Program-made: the position numbers and the translations under genes
Shown here: piece after piece, positions 1 to 6,936 of the stretch
How the letters are laid out: the number at the start of each line of letters is the position of its first letter
Numbering within the stretch: the stretch's first letter is position 1
NCBI GenBank assembly: GCA_041690595.1
Contig: JAWLHB010000015.1
Span: 124,001 to 161,874, forward strand
Direction: 5' to 3'
From: Lentisphaeria bacterium
Lineage (GTDB): Bacteria > Verrucomicrobiota > Lentisphaeria > JABSQK01 > JAWLHB01
Length of the DNA: 37,874 nt
The notes under the pieces: model-generated
What the model was told of the DNA's origin: nothing
The model's database searches: none
Seen by the model: only the letters and a program-made list of their open reading frames with translations

Positions 1-564
1 GCTGCGTCACTCGCTTACGTCACCATCCAGCAGCAGGACAGCGTCGCCCTCACGCTCTTCAACACGGGCAGCGTTACCCACACACCCGCAAAGTCGGGGC
101 TGGCCCACCTGCGTACCCTGGCCAACACCATGGCCGAGCTGACGCCCGAAGGGGAGACCGACGTCGCCACCAACATTCACCAGATCGCCCAGCAGGTCCA
201 GCGGCGAGCCCTCATCGTCGTCATCAGCGACTTCTTCGACGAGCCGGAACGGCTCCGCGATGCGCTGGCTCACCTCAAGCGTCGCAAGCACGACGTTGTC
301 CTCTATCACGTCCTCGACAAGGCCGAACTGGACTTCCCCTTCCGCGATCTGGGCAACTTCGAGGATCTGGAGAGCGGTGCCCGCATCATCACCAACCCTC
401 GCGCCGTCCGCCGCGCCTACCAGGATGCGATCGCCGACTTCCTGAGGTCGGTGCAAGGGATGGCGCGCAGCCTGGATCTCGACTACAACCTCATCACCAC
501 CGACCTGCCGATCCCCCCCTTCATCCAGCAGCACCTGACGCGACGTCAGCGCCAGGTGGGTTGA
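1..564 (+). CDS. DUF58 family protein (MoxR-associated, vWA-like), 5' truncated by window edge
   Basis: Frame is open from base 1 (AASLAYVTIQQQDSVALTLF...). It carries the typical DUF58 C-terminal motifs 'GETD', 'LIVVISDFFD', 'HDVVLYHVLDKAELDFP' and 'FEDLESG'. Confidence 0.85.
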   Translation, partial: AASLAYVTIQQQDSVALTLFNTGSVTHTPAKSGLAHLRTLANTMAELTPEGETDVATNIHQIAQQVQRRALIVVISDFFDEPERLRDALAHLKRRKHDVVLYHVLDKAELDFPFRDLGNFEDLESGARIITNPRAVRRAYQDAIADFLRSVQGMARSLDLDYNLITTDLPIPPFIQQHLTRRQRQVG

Positions 565-570
565 AGCCGC

Positions 571-2049
571 TCAGTCGCCCGCGTCCTTCTCCAGCGCGTC
601 GCCTTCCGCCGGTGCCACCACGGATTCTGTCTCCGACATGGCAGGCGCCGGTTCATACGCCTCGCTGGAAACCTCCGTCGGAGCGGATTTGGGAATCATC
701 CGATTGATGTCGTGGAAGGTGACGTAGAGCATGAAGCCGATGATCATGAAGGCAAACGCATAGGTCAGCGGCAGCGCCACGCGGCTCGGCACGCGCCGCC
801 CAGCGATTCCTTCGACCAGCCCGAAGACAATGTGGCCGCCATCGAGCACCGGCACCGGCAGCAGGTTCACGATCGCCAGACTGAAGGTGATGAGCACCAC
901 CAGGTTGATCCCGTACATGAAGCCCGCGTGAAACGACTGCGTCATCGCCTGCACGATCATCACCGGGCCGCCCATGTTGCGGGCGCGAATCGGGTTGAGC
1001 CGATCGAAGAGGCTGCGCAAGGTGCGCGCCGTCAGGTTGATCACCTCCGTGAACTGCTTCCAGGGGGTCGGATGCAGGCGGACAATCTCCACCTTCGGCG
1101 CCAGCCCCAGGCCCAGCATCCATTGCACCCGCCCCTCGATCTCCCGTTCCTTCGCCTGAATCCCGGCGATCTCCAGGATCTCGTCGCCGCGGCGTACCTT
1201 CAGATCCATCGGCGCCCCCTTCGACGCCTTGGTCGTCTCGATCAGCACTTCCGAATTGAGCACGTCCCGGCCGTTCACCTCCAGGATCACGTCGCCCGCC
1301 TTCAGGCCAGCCGCCACCGCCGGCGAATCCTCATAGATCATGCTCACCTGCGTCTCGAAGCGCGGCGAGATGAAGGGGAAGCCCACGTTGTCCTGCTGCG
1401 GATTGCCCACCAGCGTATAGCTGATCTGCTTCGGCTCGCCATCTCGGGTGATATCCAGCACCACCTTGGCATCGTCCGCGAAGACAATCTCCTTGACCGC
1501 CGACTCCCAGCCACGGTCAAAACCGCGGCCGTTGACCTTGTGCACGATGTCTCCCGGCTGCAGCCCCGCCTTGGCTTCCGGCGTCGGGCGTCGCTCGCCG
1601 TCAGCAGTCAGGTAAGTCTGCTGGACGGTGCCCACTTCGAAGGAGGTCGCCGGTTTTGGCCCATTATAACCGATTGCCCAAACCATGGTCGCCAGCAGGA
1701 AGCCGAAGAGGATATTGAAAAGCGGGCCGGCGAAGGCCACAATGATCCGGTCGAGCGGCTTGGCGTGCGGTAATGGCTTGCCGTCGCTGGTCTCCACATG
1801 GTCGCCGGGCTCCAACTGGGGTATCGCCACGTATCCGCCAAACGGTATCCAACTCAGGCGGTATTCGATCCCCTTGTAGGTCCACTTCTTGATCGCGTGA
1901 CCGAACCCCACCGAGAATCGTTCCACATGCAGGCCGCGCCAGATGGCCGCCAGCAGGTGCCCGAACTCATGGATGAAGATACAGAACCCAAAGAAAAAGA
2001 GCATCAGGATGATGCTCGGCAGATAACCAATATCGATCATTCCCAGCAT
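571..2049 (-). CDS. rseP: RIP metalloprotease RseP (M50 site-2 protease with two PDZ domains)
   Basis: HEFGH zinc motif, 'FSVGFG', 'IPFGGYV', 'AGPLFN', two PDZ-like segments (AGLQPGD / AGLKAGD), C-terminal NLLPVPVLDGG. AGGAG lies upstream of the ATG. Confidence 0.95.
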   Translation of the reverse strand: MLGMIDIGYLPSIILMLFFFGFCIFIHEFGHLLAAIWRGLHVERFSVGFGHAIKKWTYKGIEYRLSWIPFGGYVAIPQLEPGDHVETSDGKPLPHAKPLDRIIVAFAGPLFNILFGFLLATMVWAIGYNGPKPATSFEVGTVQQTYLTADGERRPTPEAKAGLQPGDIVHKVNGRGFDRGWESAVKEIVFADDAKVVLDITRDGEPKQISYTLVGNPQQDNVGFPFISPRFETQVSMIYEDSPAVAAGLKAGDVILEVNGRDVLNSEVLIETTKASKGAPMDLKVRRGDEILEIAGIQAKEREIEGRVQWMLGLGLAPKVEIVRLHPTPWKQFTEVINLTARTLRSLFDRLNPIRARNMGGPVMIVQAMTQSFHAGFMYGINLVVLITFSLAIVNLLPVPVLDGGHIVFGLVEGIAGRRVPSRVALPLTYAFAFMIIGFMLYVTFHDINRMIPKSAPTEVSSEAYEPAPAMSETESVVAPAEGDALEKDAGD

Positions 2050-2185
2050 GAGCTTAGGATCTCCTGTTGTGATAGCGGATAATAACCCTGAAAAGATAAT
2101 GCAAGAGCACGATAGTTACAAGGTGTCAACCATACCTGTAGACCCCACCCAGCCCGAAGAGTTGCATCCAGCCAAGCTTGCCGAG

Positions 2186-2665
2186 GCCCCCTGGGCACGC
2201 CACTCGCCTGAGTGGCTCCGGCGTTGGACCTTGCCACTTCCCAACCTCCATCACCACTCCTCCCGCGCCCCTTGGGCACGCCACTCGCCTGAGTGGCTCC
2301 GGCGTTCGACCTTGCCCTTTCCCAACCTCCCATCACTGCTCCCGCGCCCCCCTTGCTTCCTCTTTGCGCCCCTTGCGTTCTTTGTGGTTAAACACCTTGC
2401 CCCTCGCCCCATCCCAACCTCCATCACCCCTCCCGCGCCCCCTGGGCACGCCACTCGCCTGAGTGGCTCCGGCGTTCGACCTTGCCCCTTCCCAACCTCC
2501 ATCACCCCTCCCGCGCTCCCCTTGCTTCCTCTTTGCGCTCCTTGCGTTCTTTGTGGTTAAACACCTTGCCCCTCGCCCCATCCCAACCTCCATCACCCCT
2601 CCCGCGCCCCCTGGGCACGCCACTCGCCTGAGTGGCACCGGCGTTCGTCCTTGCCACTCCCCAAC
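2186..2665. repeat. Modular repeat array: four REP-like palindromic units (A) and two purine/pyrimidine-skewed units (B) on a shared linker, order A-A-B-A-B-A
   Basis: A = (C/T)TGGGCACGCCACTCGCCTGAGTGGC at 2191, 2272, 2442 and 2611, with hairpin GCCACTC-GCCT-GAGTGGC. B = CTCTTTGCG(C/C)(C/T)CCTTGCGTTCTTTGTGGTTAAA at 2360 and 2529. Linker is approximately CCTTGCCC..CCCAACCTCCATCACCCCTCCCGCGCCCC. Confidence 0.95.
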
Positions 2666-2718
2666 GCCTGGCTCCCCCTCGCCACCCCACTGGTCCCGGC
2701 GTCTCCTTTTGCCCCCTT

Positions 2719-2807
2719 GCCCCAACGGGGCTGCGTCCTCCAGCCCAGGGTTGCCCTCGGGCTACCCTGGGTAAACTCCCGCCCACCCATCAACCCTGAA
2801 CGGGTTG
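2719..2807. repeat. Triple-hairpin REP/MITE-like element
   Basis: Three dyads: GCCCC-AAC-GGGGC (2719-2731), CCCAGGGTTGCCC..GGCTACCCTGGG (2744-2771) and CAACCC-TGAAC-GGGTTG (2791-2807). The layout resembles palindromic elements found beside IS200/IS605-type Y1 (RAYT-like) transposases. Confidence 0.6.
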
Positions 2808-2955
2808 CGTCCACGCCGTCGGCCCCTTCCCGCGTGCGCTCAATTTCCACGGGACTCAATAGTGAGGCGTTCTCCGAACCGCGACTTGGGCCGTTTCCAA
2901 CGGCCCTGCCATTGCCCCTCCTCGCGTGACTGCCATCGCCCCTCCCCCCGAAAAG

Positions 2956-3179
2956 CTCGGTCGACAGCTCGGTCCCAGATAACCTCGGTCGACAGCTCGG
3001 TCCCAGATAACCTCGGTCGACAGCTCGGTCCCAGATAACCTCGGTCGACAGCTCGGTCCCAGATAACCTCGGTCGACAGCTCGGTCCCAGATAACCTCGG
3101 TCGAAAGCTCGGTCCCAGATAACCTCGGTCGAAAGCTCGGTCCCCAAAAACCTCGGTCGACAGCTCGGTCCCCAAACCT
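2956..3179. repeat. Tandem repeat, 8 x 28 bp (CTCGGTCGACAGCTCGGTCCCAGATAAC)
   Basis: Units start at 2956, 2984, 3012, 3040, 3068, 3096, 3124 and 3152. The first five are identical and the last three carry substitutions. There are no spacers. Confidence 0.98.
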
Positions 3180-3207
3180 GGGTGCCGAAGCCCAAAAACC
3201 GGAACCT

Positions 3208-3267
3208 CCATCCCATCCATCCTGTCCAACCACGGCTCCGCATCCTCTCCCCCACAATCCTGTCCAA
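3208..3267. repeat. Short direct repeat ATCCTGTCCAA x2 (TTGGACAGGAT on the minus strand)
   Basis: Copies at 3219-3229 and 3257-3267; the first is preceded by CCATC reiterations. Confidence 0.5.
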
Positions 3268-3346
3268 TAGTCTTGGCCACTCACCTGCAAACATCCGCCT
3301 CCCCCCATTGCTTCCGTCAAAAACAAAACACTTTTTCGGTCTAATG

Positions 3347-3374
3347 AAGATATCACAAGTAACCCCAAAGTCAA
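3347..3374 (-). promoter_or_regulatory. Putative sigma70 promoter with extended -10, pointing into the repeat island
   Basis: Minus strand reads TTGACT-16 bp-TATCTT, with TGn directly before the -10 and a T-rich tract upstream. It sits in a local AT-rich patch. Confidence 0.5.
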
Positions 3375-3604
3375 GACGAAAAAAACAAACTTTACGCCCC
3401 CCCCCGCTCCATTGCTACGCTAGCCTCCCATTGTCCTATCCCGTCCGTACGTCCGTCCCCACAACGCCCCAGCGTTTGGCCTCTTCAGCTCGCCTCCCCA
3501 ATCTTCCGCTCACCCGCACCGTCCAGAAGTGCCCAACGGTGTGCCCACACATCGTGCCGCCCGAGTCACCTCGCCGTTGTCCAGGCTCTGCCAGACCTTC
3601 GATC

Positions 3605-4132
3605 TCAGGCGCCCGGCGACGGATTGTTGGCGATGGAATCGAGGCTGGTGGGACCTTCCACGTTCGATTGGCGGGGAATGACGCTGAGCGAACCATCTGT
3701 CTCGATGACCACGGCTTCCACCTCGGCCAGGGAAAGTATCCCGGCGTTGCGGATCCCCGCATGGAGCTCATCTTCCGTGATCCGCGCCCGCATCAGCTCG
3801 TCGTGCAGCAGCTGCCCGCGGTAGAAGAGCATGTGCGGCTCGCCCGTCACCAGTTGTCGGATCCAGCGCATCCTGACACTCGACCAGGTGACCACGAACT
3901 GCAGCCCGGTCAGAAGTCCGAACGCCAGCGCTCCATCCGCCAGAGATACGTCCTTGTTCAGCAACGCTGTCGCCAAGGTCGATCCCAGCGAAACGGTAAT
4001 CACCAGGTCGAAGGCATTCATCTTGGAGAGTGTACGCTTCCCCGTCAGCCGCAGAAAGACGATCAGGATGATGTAGGCGAGAATGCCGACAATCAGCAGT
4101 CGGTAAAGGCTCTGCCAGCTATTGAAGAACAT
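3605..4132 (-). CDS. DUF421 (YetF-like) membrane protein
   Basis: 'LRLTGKRTLSKMNAFDLVITVSLGS', three TM segments, 'GEP.ML...GQ' and 'AVVIETDGSLSVIP'. Start placed at MFFNSWQ. Confidence 0.92.
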   Translation of the reverse strand: MFFNSWQSLYRLLIVGILAYIILIVFLRLTGKRTLSKMNAFDLVITVSLGSTLATALLNKDVSLADGALAFGLLTGLQFVVTWSSVRMRWIRQLVTGEPHMLFYRGQLLHDELMRARITEDELHAGIRNAGILSLAEVEAVVIETDGSLSVIPRQSNVEGPTSLDSIANNPSPGA

Positions 4133-4216
4133 GAGCGACACCGGTTGCAGATGAGACTTCGGGAGTGTCATCTACCATAGATGCAGGTGCCGGGGATCGC
4201 GAAATCGCGCGGGCGA

Positions 4217-5116
4217 TCAGAGCTGCTGAACGACCAGGTGCTGCTCCTGGGCAACTTCCACCATCACGTCGAGCATGGCCTGGCGAAGTTTCTCCGCCAC
4301 GTCGGATCGCCTGTAGTGGCGACCATTCTGGAAGGTCTCGGGTATATTGATGGTGACCATGGTGCGCTTGGGCGCCACATAGCACTTCTCCACCTGATCG
4401 GCGGGATCCTCCGTCCAGGTCAGGCCGAATTCCGGAAGGACCGTCTCCCCCAGCCGCTCGACAACTCGGGTCTGAAAGGGCCCCTTGAGCTGATCCACCA
4501 GCTTGTCGTTGAGCGAAATGGGCGGCCGGACGCTGTGGCGGAAAAGATGGATATGCAGCGATCCATTCTCCGCCATGATCACATACGGATCCGCGCAGAC
4601 GGCGGCATTGTTTATGGCGGCCTTATCCAGATCCGTATCGGCAATGAACTTGAGGTTCTGTTCCACGGACGAGCCGGTGAGAATGTGGATGGTCGGACGG
4701 GCCGGTGGCGCGATATTCTTGAAGAGCTGCTGCAACTCCACCTTGTCGACAACCTTTTCGTTCCACAGGAGAACGCCGTCCCGGTCCGTGAAGATGTGCC
4801 GGATCCCCCGCTCCATCGCCATGGCATAGAACTCAATGAAGCCGTCCAGAACTTCCCCGTCGAGAATCACGCCGTGGCGCAGATCAGCGACCCGCTGCCG
4901 GACCTTTTCATGCGCGTTGCCCGGCGCGCCGATCAACCCAAGACCGCTGATCTCGAGGAAGGGCAGGTCATTGGCGCTGTCGCCGATGACCCCGATATGC
5001 TCGGGTTCGATGCGGTGTTCACGCGCAAAACGATGCACCGCCGCGGCCTTGGTGACCAGCGAAGCATCCACCGCATCCGTGGCGGCCGATAGATAAATGA
5101 TATCCTGGCGAGACAT
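4217..5116 (-). CDS. Cof/subclass IIB-type HAD phosphatase, circularly permuted
   Basis: Motif III K23 and motif IV GDSAND (45-50) plus APGNA come before motif I IFTDRDGVL (D111/D113), motif II ILTG (T147) and AENG (182-185). Start at MSRQ avoids overlap with the upstream gene. Confidence 0.8.
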   Translation of the reverse strand: MSRQDIIYLSAATDAVDASLVTKAAAVHRFAREHRIEPEHIGVIGDSANDLPFLEISGLGLIGAPGNAHEKVRQRVADLRHGVILDGEVLDGFIEFYAMAMERGIRHIFTDRDGVLLWNEKVVDKVELQQLFKNIAPPARPTIHILTGSSVEQNLKFIADTDLDKAAINNAAVCADPYVIMAENGSLHIHLFRHSVRPPISLNDKLVDQLKGPFQTRVVERLGETVLPEFGLTWTEDPADQVEKCYVAPKRTMVTINIPETFQNGRHYRRSDVAEKLRQAMLDVMVEVAQEQHLVVQQL

Positions 5117-5187
5117 GTCTGCTTGGTCCTGGGAAAGAGAAAGGGCAAACGACAACAATGCCATCATCAGCCGGAACTGCAAGCGAT

Positions 5188-5931
5188 TCAGACGGCAAAT
5201 AGCAGCAGCACCGAATAGCCGCCCGCTCCCAGGGCAAAGGCAGTGAAGCGGCTTTCCCGTTCTTCCGGCAGCTCCTCCTTGATCACATTGAGCGTGATGC
5301 TGCCCGCCAGAAAGGCAAAGATCAACCCGACCGCCGCCTGTTGCACACCAACAAGCAGACCGATCAGCCAACCTGCCAGCACCGCTGCCGCCATCTGCCA
5401 GCGCCCATGCCGGTGGTAGACCTCCTTGTGGTGCTGGCGCAAGCCGTCATCGACGACTACGAGATGCAGTGCGACCGCCAGGAAGTAAAGCAGGTGATTG
5501 ATCTGGCCCCGGCCAATGAGATGCAGCAGCGAATAGCCGATCAACGCGTTGTACAGACTGAAGAAGACAAGGTGCAGATGGTACATTCGCTTTGAAGGCC
5601 GCTCCGGACTTTTCCGCTCCCCGCCCTGACTTAGCAGCGCCAGCCGCTCCAGTCCATAGAAGGCGACAAAGCCGGCAACCGCAAAGAGATAGGCGTGTCG
5701 CTCGACCATGCCCAACCAGCCGGGAATCGTTTCCACCAGGGTTGCCTGATGGTGTGCCAACTCCGGGAGCAGATGCACAAAGACATAGGCCACGGATGTC
5801 CCCCCGGCGAAGGAAAGCCATGGACTGCGAGGTATGGCCCGAAGCCGCAGAAAGGGGCCGGCAAAAAGGTGGACCAATGCCAGGCCGAAGGCCATGATGG
5901 CGCTGGTGATTTCCGATGCGTCTCCGACCAT
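5188..5931 (-). CDS. Conserved polytopic membrane protein, ZIP-like metal transporter fold suspected
   Basis: About 7-8 hydrophobic segments, 'SFAGGTSVAYVFVHLLPEL', His-containing TM helices, C-terminal 'LAGSITLNVIKEELPE' resembling the ZIP pattern. Confidence 0.65.
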   Translation of the reverse strand: MVGDASEITSAIMAFGLALVHLFAGPFLRLRAIPRSPWLSFAGGTSVAYVFVHLLPELAHHQATLVETIPGWLGMVERHAYLFAVAGFVAFYGLERLALLSQGGERKSPERPSKRMYHLHLVFFSLYNALIGYSLLHLIGRGQINHLLYFLAVALHLVVVDDGLRQHHKEVYHRHGRWQMAAAVLAGWLIGLLVGVQQAAVGLIFAFLAGSITLNVIKEELPEERESRFTAFALGAGGYSVLLLFAV

Positions 5932-6927
5932 CTATACCTCGCTCCAAGTCCACCCGTCCTGCTCGATCGCCGCAAGCAACAGCTTACGCTCCTCCTGCCG
6001 GGCCTTGAGCGACTCCTGGAACTGTTCATCACTCACCATCGGTATACCTTCCTTGCGTAAGGCTTCCAAGGCCGGAAAGGGTGCTGGCTCCGTGGCTATG
6101 TGGAGAAAGAGCGAGTCCAGTACACGCAGGTAATTCGTGATGGTCTCGTCGATGCATCTCAGGGAGATCTCCGATAGCCGCACTTCCGGGGCAACCCCGT
6201 GGCGCAACAGTTGCACCATGTCGTAGAGCACCGCCAGGGAGGGCTGGGTCGCCGTGCGCCGCTCCCCGCTATGAAAGTAATGCAGAACTGGATACGCATA
6301 GTGACGCTGAGCGTGAAGCTCCAGATCGTGACCGAGCTGAATCAGCAGTTGATCGAGCGCTTCAAAGGAATGGCCATTCCACGCTCTCAGGAGAATTTCC
6401 GCTGGCGACTTGCCCATGCTGCTGATCATGCCCGCCAGACGACGCGCCTCAGCGGCTGCCGAAAGCACCGGCAGCAAGTAAGAGATCGCCAGGGTAAGGA
6501 GGATAAGTCCGTTCGCGGAAGCGATGGTCGTCACGATCTGCCATCCGCCGTTCGCCGGCACGTAGTCGCCGATGCCCAGAGTCAGCAGCGTGTAACCGAC
6601 GAAGTACAACCGCGCTGGAAGCTCGGCCGGATGCCGCGCTTGCGAGCTGACCACTGCATCCTCCTGCGCCAGAAAGATCAGCGTCCAGCCGGCCCAAGTC
6701 AGCACCACCCAGATCCCCAGTACGCTGAGCAGGATCACCGGCCCTGTGATCGACAGGAAGCGATGGCTGCGGGTATGATTACCGATCAGGCGCGCAGCCT
6801 TCCACAGGGTTTGGCTGACGAAGTCGGTCAACGGCCCGGCGCCTTGAGTTGCAAGCGTCGTCCAGAACACATCCACGGCGATGAATAGCACGAGGGCGAT
6901 TCCGCCTGCTAGCAGCGCCAGATTCAT
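5932..6927 (-). CDS. Potassium channel family protein (Ion_trans_2) with C-terminal cytoplasmic domain
   Basis: Pore helix/filter 'LYFVGYTLLTLGIGDYVP' flanked by TM helices; C-terminal 'H.AYPVLHYFH' typical of this family. Confidence 0.85.
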   Translation of the reverse strand: MNLALLAGGIALVLFIAVDVFWTTLATQGAGPLTDFVSQTLWKAARLIGNHTRSHRFLSITGPVILLSVLGIWVVLTWAGWTLIFLAQEDAVVSSQARHPAELPARLYFVGYTLLTLGIGDYVPANGGWQIVTTIASANGLILLTLAISYLLPVLSAAAEARRLAGMISSMGKSPAEILLRAWNGHSFEALDQLLIQLGHDLELHAQRHYAYPVLHYFHSGERRTATQPSLAVLYDMVQLLRHGVAPEVRLSEISLRCIDETITNYLRVLDSLFLHIATEPAPFPALEALRKEGIPMVSDEQFQESLKARQEERKLLLAAIEQDGWTWSEV

Positions 6928-6936
6928 GTGGCCTCA

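Noticed and set aside
2186..2665. CRISPR array from the palindromic A repeats
   Set aside because: The intervening sequences are themselves repeated rather than unique, and spacing (81/170/169 bp) is irregular.
2956..3179. CRISPR array (28-bp repeat length, nearby AT-rich leader-like patch)
   Set aside because: Units are directly abutting with no spacers, and no cas genes are in the window.
2037..3374. Multiple overlapping ORFs of 77-233 aa across the repeat island
   Set aside because: They are translations of DNA repeats that cycle through frames (28-bp and 169-bp periods), are low complexity and show no protein motifs.
5117..5371. N-terminal extension of the HAD ORF, which might have held a conventional motif I
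   Set aside because: It overlaps the upstream membrane-protein gene in another frame and contains no DxD motif, so it does not restore canonical order.
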